NCBI GenBank assembly: GCA_963710205.1
Contig: CAVPZG010000004.1
Coordinates: 242,491-306,490, forward strand
Direction of reading: 5' to 3'
DNA length: 64,000 nucleotides
Source of the DNA: an uncultured Alphaproteobacteria bacterium
Lineage (GTDB): Bacteria > Pseudomonadota > Alphaproteobacteria > Sphingomonadales > Sphingomonadaceae
This document shows positions 24,702 through 41,960 of this stretch, in pieces. The position numbers and the translations under genes were made by a program. The number at the start of each line of letters is the position of its first letter. Position 1 is the first letter of the stretch. Under the pieces are notes generated by a model, which saw nothing but the letters and a program-made list of their open reading frames with translations, did not search any database and was not told where the DNA came from.

Positions 24702-26012
24702 ATGAGCGTTTCGCCCTCCGCCGATGCCGCCGCCGTCATGCCGCAGGTCACGAACCGCGCGCGGAATATCACGCTGATCCTGCTGACGGTCACTTATTTC
24801 TTCAGCTACATGGACCGGCAGATCCTTTCGATCCTGCTGGAGGATATCAAGGCCGACCTGCTGCTGGACGACGCGCAGCTGGGCTACCTGTCGGGAATCG
24901 CGTTTGCGCTGTTCTATGCGACACTCGGCATTCCCATCGCGTCGCTGGCGGATCGCAAGAACCGCCGCAACATCATCGCCATCGCCCTCACGGTCTGGAG
25001 CGGTATGACGGCGCTGTGCGGGCTGGCGCAGAATTTCACGCAGCTGCTGCTGGCGCGTATTGGCGTCGGTGTCGGCGAAGCGGGATCGTCGCCGCCCAGT
25101 CATTCCATGATTGCCGACCTTTACCCGCCCAAGGAAAGGGCAGGGGCGCTGGCGATTTACTCGCTGGGCGTAACGCTGGGGGCGTTTGCGGGTACGTTCC
25201 TCGGCGGTAACGTCACGCATTTCTTCGACTGGCGTACCGCGTTTCTGGTCGTCGGGATTCCGGGCATTCTGCTCGCCATCATCGTTCGTCTGTTCGCGGT
25301 CGAGCCGCCGCGCGGCATGTCGGATGCCGTGCAGGCGGTGTCGGACGCTACGCCGACGATCCGCGACGGGTTTCGGGCCATGCTTGCCAGTCGCGCCGCC
25401 ATTCATCTGGTGATGGGCGTCACCATCACCTCGCTGATCGGCTATGGCTTGACGTTGTGGACGCCCGCTTATCTCATTCGCAATTTCGGGCTGACGACCT
25501 TCGATGTCGCCAATTATTACGCGCCGGTCGTCATGGTCGCCGCCGTCATAGGGACCATTGGCGGGGGCAAGCTGGCGGACCGGCTGGCGGAGCGCTACGG
25601 ATTATACGCTCAAAGCTGGATGATCTTCGCGCTGAAGACGGGTGCGTTTCCGTTTCTGTTGCTGTTCTATGTCACTGACGATGTCTTTTTCGCGGTTGGT
25701 TGCTATGCCGTCGCGCTGCTGTTTCAGTCCTGTTATCTGGGACCGACATTCGCGCTGATACAGGGGCTTGCACCGCTCAAGATGCGGTCGGTCTGGGCGG
25801 CGATCACGCTGTTTGTCATCAACCTGATCGGACTTGGCATCGGGCCGACCGCCATCGGGATATTGTCGGTCGACTATCAGGAGCGGTTTGGGCTGAACGA
25901 CGCGGATTCCCTGCAATGGGCCCTTTTCACAGTGGCCCTGCTGACGCCCTGGGCGATTTTCCACTACTGGCGTGGCGGCGTCTGGCTGAAACGGGACGCG
26001 GCCGTCAGTTAA
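24702..26012 (+). CDS. MFS transporter (Spinster-like), paralogue of 19142-20746
   Basis: SYMDRQILSILLEDIKADLLLDDAQLGYLSG...GIPIASLADRKNRR... aligns by eye with the other MFS protein across the N-terminal ~150 aa. Confidence 0.8.
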   Translation: MSVSPSADAAAVMPQVTNRARNITLILLTVTYFFSYMDRQILSILLEDIKADLLLDDAQLGYLSGIAFALFYATLGIPIASLADRKNRRNIIAIALTVWSGMTALCGLAQNFTQLLLARIGVGVGEAGSSPPSHSMIADLYPPKERAGALAIYSLGVTLGAFAGTFLGGNVTHFFDWRTAFLVVGIPGILLAIIVRLFAVEPPRGMSDAVQAVSDATPTIRDGFRAMLASRAAIHLVMGVTITSLIGYGLTLWTPAYLIRNFGLTTFDVANYYAPVVMVAAVIGTIGGGKLADRLAERYGLYAQSWMIFALKTGAFPFLLLFYVTDDVFFAVGCYAVALLFQSCYLGPTFALIQGLAPLKMRSVWAAITLFVINLIGLGIGPTAIGILSVDYQERFGLNDADSLQWALFTVALLTPWAIFHYWRGGVWLKRDAAVS

Positions 26013-26934
26013 GCGCCTTTTCCCCATGTCTGCCGGCGCTGTCGGCGTCGATCAGAACGGCATTTATTTCCGCGCCGAACAGCAGGACATAGGCGCTCAG
26101 GAACAGCCACATCAGCAGGACGACGACAGCGCCAAGCGCGCCGTAGGTCGCATTATAGTCGGCAAAATTGGCGACATAGGCACCAAAACCCAGCGTGACC
26201 GCGAGCCAGCCAACCGTGGCGAATACCGCGCCGGGCAGCAGTTCCCGCCAGCGGCCCTGCCGGTAATTGGGACCGAATTTGTAAATGAGCGCGATGCCGC
26301 TGGCCGCCACGAAGGCAGCCGTCAGCCAGAAGGCGGCGCGCATGAGGAAAATCGCCCAATCGGGAAAGCCCGGCAACAGGCTTTCGAGGAAGGCGAGCGC
26401 GGCAATGGCGATGATGCCGAAAATCGCGACACCGACCATGGAAAGCGTGATGGCGGCAGCCAAGAGCAGCTTCTGGAAGAAATTGCGGCCGTCATGCAGT
26501 TCAAAAACGATGTTGAGCGCCGTGATCGTCGCCGTCGCGCCGCGCATGGCGCCGTAAAGCGTGAGGGCCAGCGTCAGAATCAGGCCCCAACCCTGCGCCT
26601 TCTGCGAATTGAGCGCAACATTCGCCATCTGCTCTGTCAGGAGCGAGGCGGCGTCGTCCGGCATCAGGTCGAAAGCGACCCGGCTGTGTTCCATGACCAT
26701 CGCGCCATCCGCGACCAGACCATAGATCAGCACCGTCGCGGCGATCAGGGGGACGAAGGCCAGAAAACTGTAAAAGGCGACACCCGCCGCGATCAGACCG
26801 ATATTATCGCGCTCTGACTCCTTCCATGTCCGTACCGCGATCTGCCAGAAGGTGATCGGTTCTTCCTGGTTGCGTTTCAGGCGGGTGGCGAGATTTCTGT
26901 TTGTCCCTGTCATGGACCTGGGCCCTAACATCAT
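26005..26934 (-). CDS. YihY/BrkB-family membrane protein
   Basis: WQIAVRTWKESERDNIGLIAAGVAFYSFLAFVPLIAA..., six hydrophobic segments, and a C-terminal LLMWLFLSAYVLLFGAEINA. Confidence 0.8.
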   Translation of the reverse strand: MMLGPRSMTGTNRNLATRLKRNQEEPITFWQIAVRTWKESERDNIGLIAAGVAFYSFLAFVPLIAATVLIYGLVADGAMVMEHSRVAFDLMPDDAASLLTEQMANVALNSQKAQGWGLILTLALTLYGAMRGATATITALNIVFELHDGRNFFQKLLLAAAITLSMVGVAIFGIIAIAALAFLESLLPGFPDWAIFLMRAAFWLTAAFVAASGIALIYKFGPNYRQGRWRELLPGAVFATVGWLAVTLGFGAYVANFADYNATYGALGAVVVLLMWLFLSAYVLLFGAEINAVLIDADSAGRHGEKALN

Positions 26935-26996
26935 TTCGCAGCGAGGCGCGAAGCAATTTCCCTTGACGCTACGAAGCGCCGCGCCATAGCGGCATC

Positions 26997-27971
26997 ATGC
27001 TTCTTGATATTCTCGGCATCATTGGCGGCCTCGCGCTGCTGTTCCTTGGCGGCGACCTGCTGGTCAGGGGCAGCGTCAGGCTGGCGACCCGTTTCGGCGT
27101 CTCGCCGCTCTTCGTCGGTCTGGTGCTGGTCGGGTTCGGCACGTCAGCGCCAGAACTGTTCGCCAGCGTGGAGGCGGTACGGGTCGGCGCGCCCGCCATC
27201 GCCTGGGGCAATGTGGTTGGTTCCAACATCGCCAACACGCTGATGGTCCTTGGCGCGGCGGCGGCGATTTCCGCCTTCCCGGTGGAGCGCGGACCATTGT
27301 GGCGGGATGGCGGATTCGGCCTTGCCGCCGCGATCATCCTGTTCGGGTTCGCCTTCATGGGCGTTCCGCTGATCGCCGGAATATTGCTGTTGGCCGTGCT
27401 GACGGCATATCTGGTCTTCGCCTGGCGGCAGGAGCGTGTTGCGGCCGCATCGACAGGCGTAGGCGACAAGGCGGCGGCGCTGGAACTGGCCGATCCCGGC
27501 GTGCACCCGGCCCGCGCAGGCAATGTGCTGATCGACAGCGCCTTCACCCTCGGCGGCCTTGCCCTCATCATCGTCGGCGGAAGCCTGCTTGTCAGCGGCG
27601 CGCGCGACCTTGCGCTGCTGCTGGGCATGTCGGACACGCTTGTCGGCCTGACCATCGTCGCCATCGGCACCTCAGCGCCGGAACTGGCAACCTCGGTTAT
27701 CGCGGCGCGAAAGGGTGAGGGGGGCATAGCCCTTGGCAACGTTCTGGGCTCGAATATCTATAATATACTCGCCATCGGCGGTGTGACCGCAGTGCTTGCC
27801 CCCGGCAGCCTGCCTGCGAGCATGATCGCGGTGGAACTGCCGATCCTGATCGGCGCGGCGATATTGCTGATGGTCTTCGCCCGGACCGGTCACAAGTTCA
27901 GCCGCTGGGAAGGCTTTGCGATGATGGCGCTTTATGTGGGCTATCTGGTCTGGGCAGTCATGTCCGCCTAG
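26997..27971 (+). CDS. CaCA-family Na+/Ca2+ antiporter (YrbG-like)
   Basis: Two alpha-repeat motifs, GFGTSAPELFASV and AIGTSAPELATSV. 324 aa, polytopic. Confidence 0.85.
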   Translation: MLLDILGIIGGLALLFLGGDLLVRGSVRLATRFGVSPLFVGLVLVGFGTSAPELFASVEAVRVGAPAIAWGNVVGSNIANTLMVLGAAAAISAFPVERGPLWRDGGFGLAAAIILFGFAFMGVPLIAGILLLAVLTAYLVFAWRQERVAAASTGVGDKAAALELADPGVHPARAGNVLIDSAFTLGGLALIIVGGSLLVSGARDLALLLGMSDTLVGLTIVAIGTSAPELATSVIAARKGEGGIALGNVLGSNIYNILAIGGVTAVLAPGSLPASMIAVELPILIGAAILLMVFARTGHKFSRWEGFAMMALYVGYLVWAVMSA

Positions 27972-28501
27972 TTCAGCGCCAGGACAAGCCGGGCTCCGAT
28001 AATGTCGAGGCCAGGGTTCTGGCCGGAATTAAAGAGTGTCGCGTGGCTGACGTGGATCCAGCTTGCCTCTGCCGCGAGGCGTTCGGAAAGCCGCCAGCCG
28101 ATCGCAATTTCCGGCTCGAAGAGGATGCGCGACCCGAGGTCGGTCTGATCGCCATTGGCTGCGAACCGGCGGGAAGGGCCGTCATGTATGGCAAGGCCTA
28201 TACCGGGCTGCACATAAAGACGGTCACCGAAACGCCAGCTGAGCCCGGCGGCGACCAGACTGGTGTCGCCCTCTAAATTGACGACGCCAAGAAGATAGGG
28301 CGCCGGTCTGCCGATGAACCCAAGGGCGTTTATCGACCCGCCGCGCACACCGAAGATCAGGTCAGTTCCGCCCTCCCCGGTTTCGAGGGTAAAGGGTGTA
28401 TCGACCGCGTGAAAGGCCGCGCCGGCGAACAGCTCTGCTGCGTTCGCAGAACCGCCAGCGGCCGAAAGCAGGGTCGCAGCCAGAAGCGTGGAGGCCCTCA
28501 A
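27968..28501 (-). CDS. acyloxyacyl hydrolase (PagL-like lipid A deacylase family)
   Basis: Signal peptide MRASTLLAATLLSAAGGSANA, a beta-barrel-like sequence, and a C-terminal WIHVSHATLFNSGQNPGLD carrying the H...S motif. Confidence 0.65.
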   Translation of the reverse strand: MRASTLLAATLLSAAGGSANAAELFAGAAFHAVDTPFTLETGEGGTDLIFGVRGGSINALGFIGRPAPYLLGVVNLEGDTSLVAAGLSWRFGDRLYVQPGIGLAIHDGPSRRFAANGDQTDLGSRILFEPEIAIGWRLSERLAAEASWIHVSHATLFNSGQNPGLDIIGARLVLALN

Positions 28502-30540
28502 TTTCCGGAAGCCGCTGCTGCTTGTGTCGTCGCCGAAACTTCGGGAGCGTCCGCAAATGGCCGGATGCCGAACGACGGATAGATTTCGCTGGGGAAATAG
28601 ACCGTACCGTCCTTCACGACCATGCGGATCGCCTTTATGGCCTTCAGGTCTTTGGTCGGGTCGCTGGCGGTCAGGAAAAAGTCTGCGTATTTGCCGCGCT
28701 CGATACTGCCCAGATCCTCGTCCTGATCCAGATATTCAGCCATGTCGTAAGTGGCCCGTTTCAGCACCTCCGCCGGACTCATGCCGAGTTTGCCGAACAG
28801 TTCCAGTTCCCGGTGATAGGCGAAACTGCCACCGAGGTCAGTGCCGGGCACGAGGAAAATGCCTTTTCGGTGCATTTCCGTGAGCGTCGCCAGCACCTTG
28901 TCATAGGCAGCGACATAGGCGGCGCGCTCTTCCGGCGTATTCGTGCCGAACAGTGCCTGCTTGTATTGCCGCTGCGTGTTGGTGGGCAGATTGTCGATGA
29001 TATCGACCGCCCCTGCCGGCACTTCGCCATCGATGGCGGTGAGGCCGAGCTCGTGGATGGCGATGGTGGGATCGTGCGCGACGCCCTTCTCCACCATTTT
29101 GTTCAGCGTCGACTGCACCTGGTCGCCTTTCACGTCGAGCGTCGGAAAACGCTGCATGGCGGTGAAGCGGAACAGCGTGCGCGTGTCCTCGTCCGGTTCC
29201 AGGACCCAGCCGAGCATGAGCTGATTGACATGGGTGATCTCGTCAAAGCCGGCGTCAATCATGGCGTCGGCGCTCGAAAAGGCGGGAACATGGCCCGCGA
29301 CGCGCATGCCGAGATCATGCGCGGCCGAGACCACTGTTTCCGCCCAGTCGGGATTCATGCTGTTGTAGAGTTTCACCTGCGGGAAACCGCGCGCGGCATA
29401 CCAGCGGACAAGGTCCACCGCTTCTTCCTGCGTTGAGGCGATCTCGCCGGTGGCTGCGCTAAACTCGCTCTTGCCCTCAATGAAGCCGGAGCGGGTGATG
29501 CGGGGGCCTGCGATGACGCCCGTGTCGATGCGCTCGATCAGGCCGTCGAGCACGTCATTCTCGTTGCCCATGTCGCGGACGCTGGTGATGCCGGCGGCAA
29601 TGTTCATCAGCGCGTTTTCCTGGCCGATATGGCCGTGCATCTCGTACATGCCGGGGACAAGATAGCCGCCCTCTCCATCGATGAGGGTCTCGCCCTCCGT
29701 CACGGGACTGTTCGCGGGCTGAATGCTGGCAATGCGCTCGCCGTTGACGACGACATCCTTCGCATCCGTCAGCGCCGCTGTTCTTGCATCGAAGATACGG
29801 ACGTTGCGGATGCGGACGGGCCCCTCATAGTCGTGCGCTGCGGACTTCTGGATGTCGACGAAACGGTCGGTAGAGAGCTTCACCGCATAGTCCCGCAGCG
29901 CCTTGTCGGCTGCCTCATAACCTTTGCGGATGATGGCGAACCGAGCGCCTGCGGAGGCAAAGAACCGGTTGTCCGCGTCAAGCGTCACATGCACGGGGTT
30001 GGTGTCGAGACCGGTAATCTCGTAGGTCGTCGCCTCGACCGGGCCGTCAGGACCGTCATAGGTGGCCGTATCGCGCTTTGTGATCGTGGCTGTACCGGCG
30101 GGCAGCACGTCAATACTGCCGTCATCGTCGGCGAGGAGGGCGCGGGCGAGGAGACCCGCCGACCAGGGGCTGCCATTCTGGTCGACATAAAAGGCGCATT
30201 CGCCCGCATTGCCGACGCCTGTCGTGTCTTTCCAGTGCGCCTCTCCATCGCGGCAATGATATTCCTCATCGACCGGATTGCCGAAAGTGGTCGTACCCGT
30301 GATTTTCCAGTCGAGCGGATAGCCGTTCGGACCTAGCGTCAGCGCCTCCTTCATGGTCGGGCCGCGACCGTTCTGCTTGTAATCGAAGTCGATGGCGACC
30401 CGATTGCCATCCGTTTCAACGATAAGCCCGCCGACATCATCGCCGCCTGTCAGCACGCGATATTCCGCCGTTTCGGCCAAGGCCGGCATCGCCGCGGAGG
30501 CGAGAAGACAGATTGCGGCGGTGCGGATGGTGGTTTTCAT
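28498..30540 (-). CDS. secreted amidohydrolase-family metallo-hydrolase with an N-terminal extra domain
   Basis: Signal peptide MKTTIRTAAICLLASAAMPALA. LVPGMYEMHGHIG is the HxH metal motif. Later segments are ...VAGHVP... and LVPGTDLG... 680 aa. Confidence 0.75.
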   Translation of the reverse strand: MKTTIRTAAICLLASAAMPALAETAEYRVLTGGDDVGGLIVETDGNRVAIDFDYKQNGRGPTMKEALTLGPNGYPLDWKITGTTTFGNPVDEEYHCRDGEAHWKDTTGVGNAGECAFYVDQNGSPWSAGLLARALLADDDGSIDVLPAGTATITKRDTATYDGPDGPVEATTYEITGLDTNPVHVTLDADNRFFASAGARFAIIRKGYEAADKALRDYAVKLSTDRFVDIQKSAAHDYEGPVRIRNVRIFDARTAALTDAKDVVVNGERIASIQPANSPVTEGETLIDGEGGYLVPGMYEMHGHIGQENALMNIAAGITSVRDMGNENDVLDGLIERIDTGVIAGPRITRSGFIEGKSEFSAATGEIASTQEEAVDLVRWYAARGFPQVKLYNSMNPDWAETVVSAAHDLGMRVAGHVPAFSSADAMIDAGFDEITHVNQLMLGWVLEPDEDTRTLFRFTAMQRFPTLDVKGDQVQSTLNKMVEKGVAHDPTIAIHELGLTAIDGEVPAGAVDIIDNLPTNTQRQYKQALFGTNTPEERAAYVAAYDKVLATLTEMHRKGIFLVPGTDLGGSFAYHRELELFGKLGMSPAEVLKRATYDMAEYLDQDEDLGSIERGKYADFFLTASDPTKDLKAIKAIRMVVKDGTVYFPSEIYPSFGIRPFADAPEVSATTQAAAASGN

Positions 30541-30746
30541 ATTCGGTCGGCCCCTTGATGGATTTCAGTCCGGGTAACTTCACACCGCTTCACACTACGT
30601 CCACGCCCGCGCCCGGTTTCGCACGGGTAGATGCAAGTCGTGATACGATGTTTGATGTCCCCCGGGATGTGCGGACCACATGGTCCGCTATTCTTTCCTA
30701 TTTTGCAAGCGGTGCGAGGCCCTGTCTCCCGATCGTCCACACTGTT

Positions 30747-30775
30747 TTGACATCGCCGATGCCACCACCTATATC
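30747..30775 (+). promoter_or_regulatory. sigma70-like promoter candidate for rpoBC
   Basis: TTGACA (30747-30752), a 17-nt spacer, then TATATC (30770-30775). It lies ~180 nt upstream of the rpoB ATG, and the upstream neighbour is divergent. Confidence 0.4.
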
Positions 30776-30955
30776 GCAGTCACCAGCCGATTCCGAGACA
30801 TGGCCTGCCGTCGCGCAGCGGGCCGCACGGATGGAACGGCGGGTTGCATGCGAGAGATCAGAACCGGATTTTCGAAGGAGGGTACTTCTTCGAAGGCACG
30901 GCCCTTTCGCGTCATTTTCCGTGCCCGGATCAATTTGAATTTCAAAGGATAGTCA

Positions 30956-35330
<4,375 letters not shown>

Positions 35331-35337
35331 GGTTTCT

Positions 35338-35358
35338 CCCCTCCCCTCAGGGGAGGGG
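35338..35358. repeat. G/C-rich perfect palindrome in the rpoB-rpoC spacer (REP-like)
   Basis: CCCCTCCCCT c AGGGGAGGGG has 10-nt arms and starts 8 nt after the rpoB stop. A second palindrome, CCCTTC tt GAAGGG, lies at 35435-35448. Confidence 0.8.
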
Positions 35359-35474
35359 CCTGGGGGCGGGGACGGTCTGTTCCCGCTGCCAAGGTTTGAC
35401 ATCATTATCGGGGCGACGACCCCCACCCCTTAATCCCTTCTTGAAGGGCAAGGGAACTGAAGAGGACAAGCGGC

Positions 35475-39707
<4,233 letters not shown>

Positions 39708-39739
39708 GCCGGCTTCGCTTTCGAGCGACTCGACATTTC

Positions 39740-39780
39740 GGGCCGCGCCATCCGCAAAGGTTGGCGCGGCCCTTTTTGTT
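39740..39780 (+). terminator. rho-independent terminator of rpoBC
   Basis: GGGCCGCGCCA tccgcaaaggt TGGCGCGGCCC followed by TTTTTG, ~33 nt after the rpoC stop. Confidence 0.8.
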
Positions 39781-39858
39781 TCCCTTGCGAAAAATTCCCA
39801 GAATTCTCCACCGGTTGTTGATTGAGGTGCTCATGTGTCCAGCATAACGGTGGCGGCA

Positions 39859-39891
39859 TTGACTCTTCATGTACTTTAAAATACAAAGTAC
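39859..39891 (+). promoter_or_regulatory. sigma70-like promoter overlapped by an AT-rich inverted repeat (candidate operator) upstream of the DUF2141 operon
   Basis: TTGACT (39859-39864), 17 nt, then TACAAA (39882-39887). The inverted repeat GTACTTT (39871-39877) - N7 - AAAGTAC (39885-39891) spans the spacer and the -10. Confidence 0.35.
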
Positions 39892-39914
39892 TCATTTATA
39901 TGAGGAGACATGCA

Positions 39915-40346
39915 ATGAACCTGATCAAATATCTGACTGCGGTTGCCGGTCTTGCCGTCGCCGCGCTACCGGCCATGGCCGCCGACCTGACCGTCAATGT
40001 GGAGGGCATCCGCGCCTCTGATGGCAGGCTTTATGTCAGCCTGCAGACGCGGGAGCAGTTCATGAAGAATGACGGTACCTATGGGGTGATGGTCGATGCA
40101 CCGGCCGCCGGAAGCGCCGCGCCGGTCATTACCGGAATCGCGCCTGGCGATTATGCCGTCAGCGTCTGGCATGACGACAATGCCAACGGCACATTCGACA
40201 TGGGTGCGCGCGGGCCGCTGGACGGCTGGGCCATGATTGGCGGTGAGACGATGGGCGCGCCGCCCAGCTTTGATGACGCGAAGCTGACGATTGGCGAGAG
40301 CAATACCAGTGCGACCGTCACCATGATCTATGGCAGGGATGAATAG
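39915..40346 (+). CDS. DUF2141-domain periplasmic protein
   Basis: Internal ATG at 39915, after GAGGAG. Signal peptide MNLIKYLTAVAGLAVAALPAMA. LTVNVEGIRASDGRLYVSL...GDYAVSVWHDDNANGTFDMGARGPLDGW is the DUF2141 pattern. Confidence 0.7.
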   Translation: MNLIKYLTAVAGLAVAALPAMAADLTVNVEGIRASDGRLYVSLQTREQFMKNDGTYGVMVDAPAAGSAAPVITGIAPGDYAVSVWHDDNANGTFDMGARGPLDGWAMIGGETMGAPPSFDDAKLTIGESNTSATVTMIYGRDE

Positions 40347-40350
40347 TGCG

Positions 40351-40680
40351 ATGCTGGCGAATCCCTGGATATTCCTCGCGCTCGCCATCTGCCTGGAAGT
40401 GGCGGGCACGTTCTTCCTGAAGCTGTCGAACGGATTTGAAAAATGGCAGTGGGGCACAGCGGCGATGGCCGCCTATGCGGCCTGTTTCTGGGTGCTCGCT
40501 CCGGCCCTGAAGCTGCTTCCCGTCGGGGTTGTCTACGCGATCTGGGCGGGGATCGGGATATTGGCAGCGGCGCTGATTGGCCTCATGGCCTTCGGCGAAC
40601 GGCTGGGCCCTGTGCAGATTGTCTGCATGATGCTGATACTGGTTGGTGCGGTCGGCCTGCGACTGACCACGGAGGGATGA
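40351..40680 (+). CDS. SMR-family small multidrug/quaternary-cation efflux protein (EmrE/SugE-like)
   Basis: MLANPWIFLALAICLEVAGTFFLK carries the conserved membrane Glu. Four TM helices, ~109 aa. The longest ORF starts at 40330 and overlaps the upstream gene. Confidence 0.8.
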   Translation: MLANPWIFLALAICLEVAGTFFLKLSNGFEKWQWGTAAMAAYAACFWVLAPALKLLPVGVVYAIWAGIGILAAALIGLMAFGERLGPVQIVCMMLILVGAVGLRLTTEG

Positions 40681-40681
40681 T

Positions 40682-41314
40682 GTGATGACCAATAGCGAAA
40701 ATCCGAACGCGGATACCGATCTGGCCGCGTTGCGGCGCATCGCCGAGGAGGGCCGCGACCTGCCGCTGCTCGGCGGGCGTCATTTCCTGATCTGGGGGAC
40801 CATCCTGCCGCTGGCGGCGCTCTACCACTGGGCGCTGATGTCGGGTCATATCGACCTGCCTGCCTGGACGTTGACGGCCAGCTGGTTCGGACTGACCGCC
40901 CTTGCGGCCGTCATTTCGAACATGGCCGGTCACGGACAACGCGGCAGGCCGGGCACAACGACGCTGGCGAACAAGGTCGAGCGGGGCGTGTGGACGGCGG
41001 CGGGCGTGATGTTCGCCACGATCGCTGTCTGCCTCTTGATCAATGCAGCGCTGCTGAGTGAGAACCCGCGCGCCTGGGATCATTTTGCCCTCCTCGCGCC
41101 GATCACGTTCGGCGTCTATGGCCTCGCCATCAACGCCAGCGCGGTCGCGGCGCGTGCCAGCTGGCTGAAGCCCTATGTGTTCGCGTCGTTCGCGCTGATG
41201 GCGGTCACGGTGCTGATGCTTGAGAATGTGTGGCTGTATCTGGTGTTTACGGCCGGGATTGCCGCCCTTTCCCTGACGCTGGGCTTTGCGCTTCTACGCC
41301 GCGAAAGATCCTGA
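40682..41314 (+). CDS. hypothetical polytopic membrane protein
   Basis: 210 aa with ~5 hydrophobic helices. The start is 2 nt after the SMR stop and the stop is 1 nt before the next ATG, so the genes are tightly coupled. Confidence 0.5.
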   Translation: MMTNSENPNADTDLAALRRIAEEGRDLPLLGGRHFLIWGTILPLAALYHWALMSGHIDLPAWTLTASWFGLTALAAVISNMAGHGQRGRPGTTTLANKVERGVWTAAGVMFATIAVCLLINAALLSENPRAWDHFALLAPITFGVYGLAINASAVAARASWLKPYVFASFALMAVTVLMLENVWLYLVFTAGIAALSLTLGFALLRRERS

Positions 41315-41315
41315 A

Positions 41316-41630
41316 ATGTCTGAGGAAGAGGACAGCGATTTCGACTATCGCGGGATCGACGACCTGATCCACGGGCGGGTGCGGCTGGCGGTCATGGCGT
41401 ATCTGTCCGGCGCGGAAAGCGCGGATTTTGCCGAGCTGAAGGACAGGGCGAAAGTGACCGACGGCAACCTGTCCGTACATTTGCGAAAGCTGGAGGACGC
41501 AGGCTATGTCCGCGTCGAGAAAATGTTTCACGACCGCAAGCCGCTAACGGTCGCGTCCCTGACCAAAGCAGGGCGGGAGGCCTGGATCGCCTATCTGGAC
41601 CGCATGCGGGCGCTGCTGGGAGAGGGATAG
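41316..41630 (+). CDS. winged-helix transcriptional regulator (ArsR-like small wHTH)
   Basis: IHGRVRLAVMAYLSGAESADFAELKDRAKVTDGNLSVHLRKLEDAGYVRVEK. It is the last gene of the four-gene string. Confidence 0.65.
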   Translation: MSEEEDSDFDYRGIDDLIHGRVRLAVMAYLSGAESADFAELKDRAKVTDGNLSVHLRKLEDAGYVRVEKMFHDRKPLTVASLTKAGREAWIAYLDRMRALLGEG

Positions 41631-41641
41631 GGGCCTGCTAC

Positions 41642-41875
41642 TCAGTCCTGCGGGTCGGCTTCGATCTCGGACCCGCGTTTCAGGACCTTGTCACCGTCTT
41701 CCTGCCTGATGAGATAGGCGGGATTGTCGCTGTCGCCCTTCTTTGTGACCTCACTGCCCTTCAGGGTGCGGGTAACCTCGCGTTCGAATCGTTCCTCGAT
41801 CTGACCCTTCGCGGTGCCATTGCCCCAGGCCCATTTCACATATTGATTGGTCTGGAAGCTGTTGGAATTGGACAT
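41642..41875 (-). CDS. DUF2945-family small protein (Tudor-like)
   Basis: Internal ATG at 41875: MSNSNSFQTNQYVKWAWGNGTAKGQIEERFEREVTRTLKGSEVTKKGDSDNPAYLIRQEDGDKVLKRGSEI, 77 aa. Confidence 0.65.
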   Translation of the reverse strand: MSNSNSFQTNQYVKWAWGNGTAKGQIEERFEREVTRTLKGSEVTKKGDSDNPAYLIRQEDGDKVLKRGSEIEADPQD

Positions 41876-41960
41876 GATCTTTCTCCTTCGCGGCCATGAA
41901 CGCGGGATAGCCGCTTCGGGATGCTTGGCATTTGGTCGCAGGGAAGGATAAGCAGGCCCG

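Noticed and set aside
20794-29436. Antisense or alternate-frame ORFs opposite assigned genes (20813-21325, 21359-22438, 22555-23619, 24687-25406, 26026-26817, 26969-27739, 28396-29436).
   Set aside because: Each lies within a gene that has clear family motifs on the other strand. Their compositions are typical of high-GC shadow ORFs.
39781-40350. A guanidine (ykkC / mini-ykkC) riboswitch upstream of the SMR gene.
   Set aside because: The SMR gene directly follows the DUF2141 gene with no leader. The operon leader shows no tandem ACGR-loop hairpins.
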